IMG/VR virus record: IMGVR_UViG_3300038465_000091
Location: 124,001 to 188,000 of that record
Direction: 5' to 3' (one strand)
Length of the DNA stretch: 64,000 nucleotides
Part shown: positions 45,903 through 56,552 of the stretch, in pieces
Layout of the letters: each line of letters begins with the position of its first letter
Numbering within the stretch: the first letter of the stretch is position 1
Program-made: the position numbers and the translations under genes
Notes under the pieces: generated by a model
Told to the model about the DNA's origin: nothing
Database searches by the model: none
Seen by the model: only the letters and a program-made list of their open reading frames with translations

Positions 45903-46472
45903 ATGAGCGTAAAGCTTCATTATCTGGGTCAGAACGATTCCGTTAACTGCACCCCAGCTTTGTTCCTCACTGGCGATCCGGGAACTGACCAACAGACGTT
46001 AGCTGCTGGCGGGTATGTGGGCGGTGTGATTGTTGCCATCACTGGCGCGAGCACAAACGCAGCGTATCCAGTCCAGTCGGCGAACCAACCTGCTTTCGGC
46101 CTCATCGGTAATATCGTTCCGTGCGACACGGACGCTACGACCTATGGCTCGACGAATGGCGGCGTTCCCTTCGCGACACTACTCAATAACGGCGGCGAAT
46201 TCGCTGGCGCTATTGGTCCTTCCGGTTCCAAGAAAGCCCCCGTTGTCCGTGCCATGTGGCAGGGAATGGTGGGTAACTCGGACGGGAAGTGCTACGACAC
46301 GGCGGCAACATTCGTCCTCGGTGCATACCTGTACTGCGGCGGCTCAGCCCACACGAACGTCGGACAGTACACCGATGCGGCACACAGCAATGCGTCCGCG
46401 ATCAAAGTCGGCATCTGCACCCACGTTCCCACCACGACCGAAGCTTGGCTCGGCGTAGCGTCGTTACTGTAA
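45903..46472 (+). CDS. Capsid decoration/cement protein candidate
   Basis: 189-aa Gly/Ala-rich gene immediately before the major capsid gene. Confidence 0.6.
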   Translation: MSVKLHYLGQNDSVNCTPALFLTGDPGTDQQTLAAGGYVGGVIVAITGASTNAAYPVQSANQPAFGLIGNIVPCDTDATTYGSTNGGVPFATLLNNGGEFAGAIGPSGSKKAPVVRAMWQGMVGNSDGKCYDTAATFVLGAYLYCGGSAHTNVGQYTDAAHSNASAIKVGICTHVPTTTEAWLGVASLL

Positions 46473-46488
46473 AGGAGAATGAACTAAC

Positions 46489-47448
46489 ATGGCAAATCTT
46501 TCTCGTACACAACAGCAGACGGCTATGCTTGGACAGTTGCTCAAGACCGCAGGTGGTCGTCAAAAATTAGCGGCGTCGTTGGGACCGTCCCTCCGTCGTC
46601 GTCGTGACTATATGAGCATTGCTCGTAAGGCTCTTATGGTCGAAACTCTTCCCGATGGCGCACTCCCCATCTACGACAAGGAATTCGATGTTAGCGCGAT
46701 GACTGTGGGCTCGACCCCCGGCTCGTCTTTCGTTGAAGCCTTTGTGGTCGGTGAAGAAGGCGGCGACATTGTGCGTGTGACCAAGCCAAAGCGTGTCACG
46801 GTTCCGACGTTTGAAATCGTGTCCAACCCCATGATCCCGATCACCCAGATCAAGGAACGTCGTTTCGATCTCGTTGCTCGCTCACTCAACCTCGCAAAGG
46901 CTGAAGTAGGCGCGGCAGAAGATGGTTACGTGTTCAATCTGTTTGACGGTGTTGCGGCGGGCGCAGTCGGCCATGCACCAAACGATCCGGTTTACAACCC
47001 CGACATTCCAATCAACGCCCCCATCGACATCAACTCGCTGGCGGATGGATTTGGTCAGGTTGCACGCCACGATCTGTCGGTTGCTTTCATCTTCTTCAAT
47101 CCTCGCGATTACACGGATTTGTTGAAGTGGACGCAGCAAAACATCGACCGTGAAACACAGCGCAAGCTGTTGAAGACGGGCGTCATGGGCTATCTCTGGG
47201 GCGCAACGCTCCTCCAGTCTCGTAAGGTCGGCTACGGCTGCATCTATATTCTGGCGGACGCTGAGTTCCTCGGCGTAATCCCAGAACGTATTCCGTTGAC
47301 CGTGATGAGTGCCGACCGTCCTGATTTGAGGCAAATCGGATTCTCGATATTTGAGAATTTGGGCTTCCTCGTCTTCAATCCTTCAGGCGTTCAGCGGTTG
47401 ACCGTTAACGGTCGCTTCAACGCGGCTGCCAACTTCGGCGAGAACTAA
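46489..47448 (+). CDS. Major capsid protein (HK97-fold candidate)
   Basis: AAGGAG RBS; 319 aa; R..L.VE.LP.GA.P.YD, PTFEI.SNP.I....I..R.FD, GYLWGA; strong terminator follows. Confidence 0.85.
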   Translation: MANLSRTQQQTAMLGQLLKTAGGRQKLAASLGPSLRRRRDYMSIARKALMVETLPDGALPIYDKEFDVSAMTVGSTPGSSFVEAFVVGEEGGDIVRVTKPKRVTVPTFEIVSNPMIPITQIKERRFDLVARSLNLAKAEVGAAEDGYVFNLFDGVAAGAVGHAPNDPVYNPDIPINAPIDINSLADGFGQVARHDLSVAFIFFNPRDYTDLLKWTQQNIDRETQRKLLKTGVMGYLWGATLLQSRKVGYGCIYILADAEFLGVIPERIPLTVMSADRPDLRQIGFSIFENLGFLVFNPSGVQRLTVNGRFNAAANFGEN

Positions 47449-47473
47449 CCTTCTCGTTGTTTTGGTACAACTT

Positions 47474-47507
47474 AGGGGCACGGGAAACCGTGCCCCTTTT
47501 TCTTTTT
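47474..47507 (+). terminator. Intrinsic terminator
   Basis: AGGGGCACGG-GAAA-CCGTGCCCCT followed by TTTTCTTTTT. Confidence 0.9.
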
Positions 47508-47555
47508 CCCCAATATCCTTCTCTCTTTTGGGTATTAAACAGCTAGGGGTAAAGA

Positions 47556-48026
47556 ATGCAAAAAATTTATGTAGCCAAGTCCCCGATCAATTTTGTTCAA
47601 TTTAGCTTCCGAGTTAACGCGGGGGATATTCTCGTTCACGATACCGTCAATCAAAAGCTGACCGTGTTTCGCAATGGACAGATCGTCAAGACCCTGAAGC
47701 AATCTTCGCTAGGCATGAGTGCTCTCCTCAAGGACCATGCCGAGGAGGTGGTCACTAAGCCGACGCCCCAACCGATTGATCCCGCAGAGTGCCAGCGAAT
47801 GCTGAAGCTCTCGTTGCCAAAACTCAAGCCTGACCTACCAAAAACTCCATCAACACCGCAAAAACCGACACAGGAAGAGATTAAACAGAAGCGGAAGAAA
47901 GCCCAACCGACTGAAGTCTCTACCGATGACCCCGTGTTCCGCGAGCGGATGGGTCTCAAAGACGGTGAGGACCTCGAAGACCCGAAGGTGCGTAAGCGTC
48001 TCGGCCTCAAAGATAAGACGTTCTAA
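47556..48026 (+). CDS. Hypothetical protein
   Basis: 156 aa, RBS-led. Confidence 0.65.
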   Translation: MQKIYVAKSPINFVQFSFRVNAGDILVHDTVNQKLTVFRNGQIVKTLKQSSLGMSALLKDHAEEVVTKPTPQPIDPAECQRMLKLSLPKLKPDLPKTPSTPQKPTQEEIKQKRKKAQPTEVSTDDPVFRERMGLKDGEDLEDPKVRKRLGLKDKTF

Positions 48027-48196
48027 ATGCCAAACCGTAATAAGCCTACCAGCCTACAGACTGAGCCCGCATACCCAGACCATGAAACAGTGTGCTTCTG
48101 TATGGGTGCCCCCGATTTAACCTGTCATTCCGCATCAAGTCGTTGCCTCATTGAGGAGCCGCACCTGATCGTGGGATGTGGAGAATTTGACCATGA

Positions 48197-49135
48197 ATGA
48201 AGTTATTCATCTACCTAACCATTAGGTGGGGGCGTCTTGTGATTGTCTACCGCATAACCAACAAAATAAACGGCAAGGTTTATATCGGCAAGACCGTTAA
48301 GCCGCTTACCAGACGTTGGCAACACCACAAAAGAGATGCTCGTGGTGAGAGTCAAGTGTACTTTCATCGCGCTATCCGCAAACACGGTCCGGAATCTTTT
48401 ATAGTTGAGCCTGTCTATGTAGCCAAAACTGAGAAAGAGTTGGCTGCGATGGAGACGTTCTTCATTGTCCTGCATCAGTCTTACAAACCAGAAAATGGCT
48501 ACAACGGAACTCTTGGTGGGGATGGTATCGGACTTCTCACGGACGAAACCCGTCAACGGATGCGTGATGCTAAAACTCCAGAAATTAGGCGTCGTATGAG
48601 TGAGCGGATGATGGGTGTTCCTCTCTCCATAGAGCATTGTAGGCGCATCGGGGATTCGAAACGTGGTGAAAAAAACCCGCATTGGGGCAAACCACGTAGT
48701 GAAGAAACCCGTCGCAGGATTGGGAAGGCTCAATTAGGAAAGAAACTATCCCCCGAGCACCGCGAAAAAATAGGTAAAGCGCACCAAGGAAAGGCACTGT
48801 CAGAAGAACATCGTCTTGCCTTGAGTGAGGCCCATAAAGGGTTGGTGTTCTCCGATGAACACCGCAAAAATCTTAGTCAAGCTCTCTCGGGGGAGCGAAA
48901 CGTTGGGTACGGCACGAAGTGGGTATCCAAAGATTCCGAAACAATCAGGATTCCTTCCCATCTTCTCGATTCTTATGTAGAACAGGGCTGGACGGCGGGA
49001 AGGGCGTCTTTGTTGGGCAAGAAACCACCTAAAGAACGGATTGAGAAGGTGTTGGCGTACTGGACTCCCGAACGTCGAGCACAGCGGTCGGAGGACTATA
49101 CTATGCGACGGGAGAATCAAACACAATGTTCGTAA
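48197..49135 (+). mobile_element. Free-standing GIY-YIG homing endonuclease with NUMOD3 repeats (start probably GTG 48239)
   Basis: IVYRITN.INGKVYIGKT, AIRKHG, NGYN.TLGGDG, repeated H...I..A..G motifs. Confidence 0.9.
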
Positions 49136-50145
49136 CGATTCCCCTGTCAAAACTGCAACAAAAGTTCGGGGTAAAAACAGCCATCAGTCTTCCCGACTTG
49201 GTGCGTCAAACCAACAGTTTTTCTAAACGCTATAGGCCCGGGTGTACCCCGACTCTCCTTGATTCAAACCCCAAAGCCTTGTTTCTTCACTACAACGTGA
49301 AGTGCAACAAAGAAGATTCCGACCCGGCGGGACACGATGTGCGTGTTCAATTTGACACGACAAAGGTGCAGGAATCTAGCCAAGCGAAAGACCTCGACGT
49401 GCAAATTAGCTGCTCCTGCCCTGCGTTTTTGTATTGGGGTGCCCAGTGGAACCTCCACCAGCGAGATGGGCTGCTAGGGACGCCCAGACCGCAGCTACAG
49501 GCACCTACAGAGCGGCTTGACCTGCGGGGCAACTTCGTTATCTGCAAACACGTCCATTCGGTGTTCGAGCGCATCCTGCCGAGCGTGCAGCACAACATCG
49601 TGAAGATATTGCGTGAGCGGACGATGCAAGAGAAGAAGGACGAACTGGACAAGACGCCCGAGCGCCTCCAAGAGAAACAGGAGGAGATGAAGAAAAAGAA
49701 GGAACTGGAGAAGATCAGGAAGGTTAAGGACAAGGAGGTTCAGGACAAGCTGTACGAAGCCCTCCGCGAGCAAGAGGAAGCCCGCCTGATGCATGAAGAG
49801 GACTTGGAGGATCAGGTAGAGCCCGTGGTCGAGCGCGACAAGCCAGCGACCGCGCCTGCCGAGGAAAAGCCGAAGCCTGCTCCAGTGCCCGCACCAGCAC
49901 CAAAGCCTGCCCCGAATGGAGAAGAAGAGGCGATTCAGAACCTTTATCAGAACGAGCAGGAGAGTATTGAAGAGAAGCACCGTAAGGGCGAGCCTCATTT
50001 GCATCAAGGGCTGCCATACGAAGAAACAGAGGCAAAACCCGTGAAGGAAAAGAAGTCACCTGAGTACATGGAAAAACTTCGAAAGGTCTGGAAGTACGTT
50101 AAGGACCGCGCAAAAGAACTGGCTCTAAGCGAAGAGGGAAAGTAA
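49126..50145 (+). CDS. SWIM zinc-finger protein with a charged C-terminal tail
   Basis: CSCPAF.YWG...CKH. Confidence 0.7.
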   Translation: MFVTIPLSKLQQKFGVKTAISLPDLVRQTNSFSKRYRPGCTPTLLDSNPKALFLHYNVKCNKEDSDPAGHDVRVQFDTTKVQESSQAKDLDVQISCSCPAFLYWGAQWNLHQRDGLLGTPRPQLQAPTERLDLRGNFVICKHVHSVFERILPSVQHNIVKILRERTMQEKKDELDKTPERLQEKQEEMKKKKELEKIRKVKDKEVQDKLYEALREQEEARLMHEEDLEDQVEPVVERDKPATAPAEEKPKPAPVPAPAPKPAPNGEEEAIQNLYQNEQESIEEKHRKGEPHLHQGLPYEETEAKPVKEKKSPEYMEKLRKVWKYVKDRAKELALSEEGK

Positions 50146-50285
50146 TGTCTACGCCTTGGACTCGCGGCGATGTGCTCGATCTGCACATCTTCATCCTGCT
50201 GTTGATCTGGTTCACACTGGACCGAAGCAACATCTATTTCACAGATGTGATCGCATTTGCAAAGAGGCTGTTCAAGAGGAAGTAA
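50145..50285 (+). CDS. 46-aa membrane peptide
   Basis: MSTPWTRGDVLDLHIFILLLIWFTLD...KRLFKRK; overlaps both neighbours by one base. Confidence 0.45.
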   Translation: MSTPWTRGDVLDLHIFILLLIWFTLDRSNIYFTDVIAFAKRLFKRK

Positions 50286-51085
50286 TGCAAATCGTAACGG
50301 CATTCACGAATGGGGCGTACCCGAACAGAGTTCAGCTTGTGGTATCGCCGCCGTTTGTCGGCCCGTTTACACAGCCCGGACCTCTTGGTGCGTTCAACCC
50401 CGTTCGTGATCTGAGCATTTACGCGGATGGGGCGCTTCAGACCATCTCATCCTTCAGTTTCGATACGAATAACAGTCGGTACCTGATCTACTTGATTCAA
50501 GCTATCGATCCTCAGAGTTTTGTTCAGGTCGTCCACCACGTGCCTAATCCCCCCTTCATGGACTTGGTAGCTGGCAGTATCCCCGACTCCTTTGTGCTAC
50601 TAGAAGACGGCTCCATACTTCTTCTTGAGGATGGCGGGGTGGTTGAACTGGAATCGTCGGTCAGCGAATTGCCCAACGTGCCCGGATTTGCGCTGGTTGC
50701 TACCTTCATTCCAGCGGGAGACATCGTATCACCTGAAATGGCATTGACCCCCGTCCCGTCAACTGCCATCTTCGCTGGCGGTACAATAACGCCAAACGTC
50801 ATTGACCTGTTGTGGCTGACGGCGGGTGTGGCACAAGTCATTATAACGGGCACTAATGGGCTCGATACGGGGTTCTTGGGACCTTCGGGCGTCTATTTTT
50901 TAGACCTCACGGGCTCTGGCTCTGGGTGGGGTGTAAGTTGGGGGAATTTTTGGGGAGGGGGAACGCAAGGACCGGGTACCATCATTCTGACGATGACGGG
51001 GTACGATGCCGTGGGAAACCCGATTTTGGTGGGCTCGCCGCCAATCCTTTTGACGGTTACCGCAACTATAACCATAACCACGTAG
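50285..51085 (+). CDS. Virion structural protein (tail/baseplate-associated)
   Basis: ATG 50285 in track ORF 50156..51085; beta-rich; SFVLLEDGS.LLLEDG repeat. Confidence 0.55.
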   Translation: MQIVTAFTNGAYPNRVQLVVSPPFVGPFTQPGPLGAFNPVRDLSIYADGALQTISSFSFDTNNSRYLIYLIQAIDPQSFVQVVHHVPNPPFMDLVAGSIPDSFVLLEDGSILLLEDGGVVELESSVSELPNVPGFALVATFIPAGDIVSPEMALTPVPSTAIFAGGTITPNVIDLLWLTAGVAQVIITGTNGLDTGFLGPSGVYFLDLTGSGSGWGVSWGNFWGGGTQGPGTIILTMTGYDAVGNPILVGSPPILLTVTATITITT

Positions 51086-51179
51086 AGGGACTACAAATCC
51101 GTTATATAGGTGCCGATTAGAGCGGTTGGGAGAAAACAGATGGCTAACGAATTTTACACCTACCTGTGGGAGCATCATA

Positions 51180-54100
51180 ATGCCTAATGGAAAAATCAGT
51201 CAGCTTGCCTCAGGCATCCCCGCCCAAGGTGGAGACCTGCTCCTCATAACACGCATTGGCTCGCCCAATCAAAGCCTTTCCGTGTCGGCGGCGAGTGTCG
51301 CGGCTCTGGGCGGTGGATCGTTCACCAATCTTGCGACTGGCACCAACACCGCAGCCACATTTACGATAGGCAACGGAGCATCACTCACGTTTTCGGGTAT
51401 CACATCCCCAGTCATTACGCAATTAGCTACGGCGTCAGCTTACGCCATCCTCGGTGCATCAGCAGTCACGAACTCGGACGGTGCAAGCACCATAATCAGC
51501 GGCGGGAACATCGGCTCCTTCCCGACCAACACAATCACGCCGGGAAGCCCGCCATGGACTCTTTCGGGTGCAGCAGTGATTACGGCAGTTGCTCAAAACC
51601 AGACAGACTTGGCTACAGCAATCGCAACTTACCAAGCGATGGGGCCGGGAACCGCCCTTGGTGTGGCTCTCGACGGCCTAACCCTCACCCCCGGCGTTTA
51701 CAGCGGCGGCACTTTCACCATCAGCGGCGGAACACTAACTCTCAACGGCGCGGGCGTTTACGTTTTCCTCGCCTCAACTACGATTGGCTTGACGAGTGCT
51801 TCAACAATCATTCTGGCAGGTGGTGCAACAGCCGCGAACGTTGTTTTCGTTTGTGGCAGTTCATTCACCGCAGCCGCCAACGCTGGCACCGTGTTCAACG
51901 GCAACATTCTCGCACATACCTCCATTACAGTTGATGGCGGTATTTACAACGGTCGGTTACTTGCCAATATCGGAGCAGTCACCATTTCTACCGCTACCAC
52001 CATCGCTACACCAGTGGGCTCTTCTCTTGGCATAATCAATGCGAATGAAATTTTCGGCGTGGTTGTTAGCGGGATAGCCCCAACCGCAGGACAAGTTCTC
52101 ACAGCAACAAGTGCCACAACAGCGAATTGGCAAACTCCCAGCGGGGGCGGCGGTTCGGGAACAGTGACCTCAGGCACCGTGGGACAAATCGCTATTTATG
52201 CAGCCAGCGGCACTACGGTTAGCGGCTTTTCCAATGGCGTGTTTTACCCCGAGACGTATGGCGCGGTTGGCAACGGTATCCACGATGACACTACAGCCAT
52301 CCAAGCAGCAATCACAGCCGCTTCAGCGAGCGGTGGAACAGTTCAGTTTGGTGTCAAGACCTACCTTATCACTGCTACGCTTGTAATCACCTCCTCTAAT
52401 GTCGGCATGGCGGGATTGACCGCAGGTACTCCCGTTGGGGGAGGCGCTAGTGGAACCATAATCACTTGCAACAGCGCAACTGTCGATATGGTAAATGTCG
52501 GCAACGGCGGCACACAGGTTCACAGCAATCTTCTAAAAGACTTCTGCCTTGCACGATCCGTCACTCCCACCACTGGAAACGGACTCATACTGAACAGCGT
52601 GATCGATGCCAAGCTGGAAAACCTCTGGGTCTTCGACAGCATCTTCTGCTTCTATCACCAGAATGCCCAGCTTTGCACGTACACTAATTGCTTAGCTGAA
52701 TGGACGGCCCTCAGCAACGGCATCACGGGATACGGCTTTAAGATGGTGGGAACAAACACTACGGGGTTCTTCTCTACGCGAATGACGGACTGTATTGCCA
52801 TCAACAAAGCGTCCTCAGGAACTTTCCATGGAATGCACGTAAGCACTTCGGGGGCTGGAGTATCCGATCTTTTCACCGAGGGTTTCGAGACGGCCTCATG
52901 CACGTATGGAGTGTACATCGACGGAGCTTCATCTAACTTCAACGAAGATATTCATTTCTTAAGAACCATCCACGACGCTTCAACTGTGAGTGCTTTTTAT
53001 ATCACAGGTTTGAACGGGCACGACGCTTACGTAGAAATAAACGGCGGGTACACAGCTAATCTTGGGTCGGCACCCGCTATCGACATCGAGAACAGTTCTG
53101 GAGTTGTAGTTAACAATGTCAATTTCATCGGGCTCAACGCCGGTACTGGTCCGTGCGTCCTAATAAATGGTTCTAGCTCAAAAGGTAATATCGTTCAGTC
53201 GAACGTGATGTACTGTAGCTCTACGTCGCAGACCGTGATTAGCCTTACGGGGAGTGCCGCGAATAACAACGTCAGCAGCAACATCATAGTTGGAGCCGTG
53301 CACAGCTTCGCCGTTGGTATCGGTCTGGCTTCGTCGTCATACAACACGGTTGACGGAAACACGTTGTCAGGTACGGGCACAGTAGGAATTTCATTGGACA
53401 CTGGCAGTGGGCACAACGGTGGAGTCAACGTAGTCGATCCCACATCTATCACAACCCCTCTATTGGATCATGGCACGGGGAATTTCGTTACGATCACTGG
53501 AGGCGGCGGTTCGGGAACGGTCACTCACACGGGTTCGTTGACTTCAAATGCCATCATTCTTGGCAATGGCTCTGCGGATATTAAACCGGGGGTAGTTCTT
53601 CCCGGCAGCGTGACGGTCTATTATGACGGTACGGGAAATTTCAGCGTGCCGGGAGGTGGAGGGGGAAGTCCGGGCTCCCTATTTGCTAAAACGTGGTTTA
53701 CAACGGGGCTGGCGGGGCAGAGAGCAATAAATACTGTCTATCAGAACACCACGGGGCAACCCATCATAGTGTTTGGGTGGATGGTGGGAAATAACAACGA
53801 TCTTCAAGCCGTGACCGATGCATCTCCCACCCCGTCTACAGTAGTGTTAGACCAGTATGCCCAGTCGGGATTTGGCACCAATTTCTTTTTCATGGTGTCT
53901 AACAACGATTACTACGAACTCATCTGCGTTGGTGGTACTTCTGTAGCTTGGGTAGAGTTGGAGATTATCACAGGGAGCGTTACATTTTCAGGAGAATTGT
54001 CGGGCAGTCGTTCGCTAAGTACGGTTTACCAAAACACCAGCGGCGGAGCAATGCTGGTGCTGGTCGATCTTTCAAGCGTCGGTGGTGGTACAACCATCCA

Positions 54101-54608
54101 AGGTATAAGTGACGCTGGCGCTTCCCCCACAAACGTTGTTTGGCAGTCCGATGGGGTCTCCACGGGAAGCCAGACGATCTGGATGATGATTCCGAACAAT
54201 CATTACTACGAAGTGACTTGCTCGGGGGCGTCTGTTGGACATTGGAATGAGTATTCTCTGCCATTCAATGCTTCCAAGTCCATTGATTATTCGATTGCTC
54301 CAGTGCTGAGAAGTCTTCAAGCCATCGCGGGTTCCGCCCCATCAACCACAGGCGTTCAGATAGCGAGTGTGGGCAAAGATATGTTTGTATCGGTGTCATC
54401 CCTGCCTTCAACGACGGGAAATTTGATTATAAACTCCAGTTATTGTTCCCCTCCGGGAACTACTCCGTATGATACCACCACTATGTCGAACACCAATTCG
54501 CAACGTAGTGCGGGGGCACTGTTTGTATCACTTGGGGAATTCTATACCGCTCGACAAAACAGTGGTTCGCCCACGTTGGCTCACTGGTGGGAATATACAC
54601 TCGGGTAA
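51180..54608 (+). CDS. Tail fibre/spike: DUF3494 ice-binding-like domain, pectate-lyase-like beta-helix, triple C-terminal repeat
   Basis: AYAILGASAVTN...DLATA...LTLTPGVY...LTL.G.GVYVF...GGATAANVVF.CGSS...F.GNILA.TSIT...GRLLA..GAVT (~51410-52010); YGAVGNG.HDDT.AIQAAI (~52240); NTVYQNT repeats. Confidence 0.8.
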   Translation: MPNGKISQLASGIPAQGGDLLLITRIGSPNQSLSVSAASVAALGGGSFTNLATGTNTAATFTIGNGASLTFSGITSPVITQLATASAYAILGASAVTNSDGASTIISGGNIGSFPTNTITPGSPPWTLSGAAVITAVAQNQTDLATAIATYQAMGPGTALGVALDGLTLTPGVYSGGTFTISGGTLTLNGAGVYVFLASTTIGLTSASTIILAGGATAANVVFVCGSSFTAAANAGTVFNGNILAHTSITVDGGIYNGRLLANIGAVTISTATTIATPVGSSLGIINANEIFGVVVSGIAPTAGQVLTATSATTANWQTPSGGGGSGTVTSGTVGQIAIYAASGTTVSGFSNGVFYPETYGAVGNGIHDDTTAIQAAITAASASGGTVQFGVKTYLITATLVITSSNVGMAGLTAGTPVGGGASGTIITCNSATVDMVNVGNGGTQVHSNLLKDFCLARSVTPTTGNGLILNSVIDAKLENLWVFDSIFCFYHQNAQLCTYTNCLAEWTALSNGITGYGFKMVGTNTTGFFSTRMTDCIAINKASSGTFHGMHVSTSGAGVSDLFTEGFETASCTYGVYIDGASSNFNEDIHFLRTIHDASTVSAFYITGLNGHDAYVEINGGYTANLGSAPAIDIENSSGVVVNNVNFIGLNAGTGPCVLINGSSSKGNIVQSNVMYCSSTSQTVISLTGSAANNNVSSNIIVGAVHSFAVGIGLASSSYNTVDGNTLSGTGTVGISLDTGSGHNGGVNVVDPTSITTPLLDHGTGNFVTITGGGGSGTVTHTGSLTSNAIILGNGSADIKPGVVLPGSVTVYYDGTGNFSVPGGGGGSPGSLFAKTWFTTGLAGQRAINTVYQNTTGQPIIVFGWMVGNNNDLQAVTDASPTPSTVVLDQYAQSGFGTNFFFMVSNNDYYELICVGGTSVAWVELEIITGSVTFSGELSGSRSLSTVYQNTSGGAMLVLVDLSSVGGGTTIQGISDAGASPTNVVWQSDGVSTGSQTIWMMIPNNHYYEVTCSGASVGHWNEYSLPFNASKSIDYSIAPVLRSLQAIAGSAPSTTGVQIASVGKDMFVSVSSLPSTTGNLIINSSYCSPPGTTPYDTTTMSNTNSQRSAGALFVSLGEFYTARQNSGSPTLAHWWEYTLG

Positions 54609-54632
54609 GACCGTTAAGTAGGAGAAAAACAA

Positions 54633-55295
54633 ATGTCCGTTTCGTTTGGTCCTAAAATCCCGCAACTTTTCGTCAGCGCAGCCCTCGGTGATAACTACTA
54701 CACTGCGGGTGAGGCAATGCTTCGTAGTTTTCAAGCATTGATTCAGCCGAATGTCATCGGCGTCGGGCTGAACACACCGCCCGGCTCACCTGCCAACGGG
54801 GACTCCTACGTTGTTGGGACTGCTCCCACGGGTTTGTGGACAGGCCAAGCCAACAGTATCGCCTATTGGACTACGGATGATCCCACCAACATACCGGGCT
54901 ACTGGATGTTCTTTGTCCCTAAATCGGGATGGATTGTAGGGAGCGCAGGTCAAATCTATATCTTTGGCACATCGTGGGGGCTCATCTCCTCAGGAGTAGC
55001 GATCAATAATCAGACAGTCAACTACGTCGCCGCCTTGTCCGACAACAACAACATGACGGACATGAACATGGCTACACCCGGCACGTTCACGGTTCCACCG
55101 AACTCCAGCGTGGCTTTTCCGATTGGCGCGGTTCTGACCGTGGTTCAAGCGGGGATAGGTCAAATCACGTTTGTACAGGGCGCTGGTGTGACCATTAACA
55201 CCCCCGCATCGCTGGCAACCCGTACTCAGTTTTCAACAATTGCTGTGACTCAAACCGCCGCAAATGTTTGGCTGGCTAGTGGAGACCTCGCCTAA
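54633..55295 (+). CDS. DUF2793-like tail-associated protein
   Basis: TPPGSPANGDSYVVG..PTG.W.GQ...IA.W...W.F..P..GW. Confidence 0.75.
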   Translation: MSVSFGPKIPQLFVSAALGDNYYTAGEAMLRSFQALIQPNVIGVGLNTPPGSPANGDSYVVGTAPTGLWTGQANSIAYWTTDDPTNIPGYWMFFVPKSGWIVGSAGQIYIFGTSWGLISSGVAINNQTVNYVAALSDNNNMTDMNMATPGTFTVPPNSSVAFPIGAVLTVVQAGIGQITFVQGAGVTINTPASLATRTQFSTIAVTQTAANVWLASGDLA

Positions 55296-56219
55296 ATGAA
55301 TACGACGTTCAAACTATTTCCACACCGCCACAAATGGTTCTCCAAGTATAATTACATTCCGAGTCCGGGAGGTCGTGTTCTTAACACGGTTTATCAGAAC
55401 ACAAATGTGAAATCCCTCATCGTTATAGGAGCCGTTAGCGGAATCATGACTATCTTAAGTGATAGCTCTCCGACTCCAACCACTACAATTCTTCAAGGAC
55501 ATGGGTTTCTGAATCAATGGTTTCCCTTCACTGTCATCGTTCCTCCGGGTGACTACTATGAGATCGTGGGAACGCCTCCTAATTTGCAACTAGAAGCCGA
55601 GCTAACGGTCAACGGCAGCCCTGTCGTGTTTTCAGGTGATCTCGGTCCAGCAGGCGCAAACACTCGCGCAATGAACACCGTTTATCAAAACACGGCAAGC
55701 AAGGCAAAACTGATCGTGGCGAACATCGGCTCTTCCACTAGCGGTACCATTGGCTTGATCTGTGACGCTTCACCGACTCCAACGACAATAATCGGCGATT
55801 CCGTCATGTCCAACGGCAGCACATATCAGTTTCCGATGGTCATGATGGTGCCTCAAGGATACTATTACCAAGTAACGGGGTCAGCGACAGTTTCGAACTG
55901 GAATGAGTATACGCTTCCTTTTGGAGCAACGCAGTCGATTGATCTTGTCGGGAGCCGATCCTACGACACGCCCTACTCCGCAGGCGTGAAGGATATGTGG
56001 ATCACCGCTTCAGGTAATGTGACGGGTGCGGGTCAAGTCTCTTCTTCTGGCGCTGGTCAACCGGATCCAGTCGGGCAAACCGCATGGTCAACTTGGCTGG
56101 GACTGGATGCCATGTCTTGGGCACTCGTCCAGCCAAATGACGTGTATGTTCAGACAGCAGTTCAGACAGCAGGAGTGGACGGGACGTTAACACACTGGTT
56201 CGAGTACGTTTTGGGTTAA
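55296..56219 (+). CDS. Stand-alone paralog of the tail-fibre C-terminal triple repeat
   Basis: RVLNTVYQNT and RAMNTVYQNT units; ends LTHWFEYVLG versus LAHWWEYTLG in 51180..54608. Confidence 0.75.
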   Translation: MNTTFKLFPHRHKWFSKYNYIPSPGGRVLNTVYQNTNVKSLIVIGAVSGIMTILSDSSPTPTTTILQGHGFLNQWFPFTVIVPPGDYYEIVGTPPNLQLEAELTVNGSPVVFSGDLGPAGANTRAMNTVYQNTASKAKLIVANIGSSTSGTIGLICDASPTPTTIIGDSVMSNGSTYQFPMVMMVPQGYYYQVTGSATVSNWNEYTLPFGATQSIDLVGSRSYDTPYSAGVKDMWITASGNVTGAGQVSSSGAGQPDPVGQTAWSTWLGLDAMSWALVQPNDVYVQTAVQTAGVDGTLTHWFEYVLG

Positions 56220-56306
56220 GAGAGCTTTATTTATCAGTAGTTTACTGGATTATTTGACTTTAGTATTCAAAGATAGGGGACGATTTCCCTCCATGGAGAA
56301 TCAAAA

Positions 56307-56543
56307 ATGTCGAAAAAGATAGCAGCACAAGATGCCACAGCAATGAACAGCCTGTATGCTGGCGAACTCGGTCGCCTCGGCCTCAAGGTCGCACAGAAGG
56401 ACGCAAAGGACTCAGCCGCAGGGCAGTCTCACGACCCTCAGGCTTTCGCCGACCACCAAAATTATATGGATATCCTCGAATCGGTTCTGAAGGAAGACGA
56501 AAAGACGGACGGCGAAGCCGCTAACGACCCGATCACCGACTAA
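56307..56543 (+). CDS. Hypothetical protein
   Basis: GGAG RBS; 78 aa. Confidence 0.65.
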   Translation: MSKKIAAQDATAMNSLYAGELGRLGLKVAQKDAKDSAAGQSHDPQAFADHQNYMDILESVLKEDEKTDGEAANDPITD

Positions 56544-56552
56544 GGAGGAAAG

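Noticed and set aside
26767-49135. Group I introns or inteins around the three GIY-YIG genes
   Set aside because: The flanking genes look complete rather than split and no intron core elements were recognised. Treated as free-standing endonucleases.
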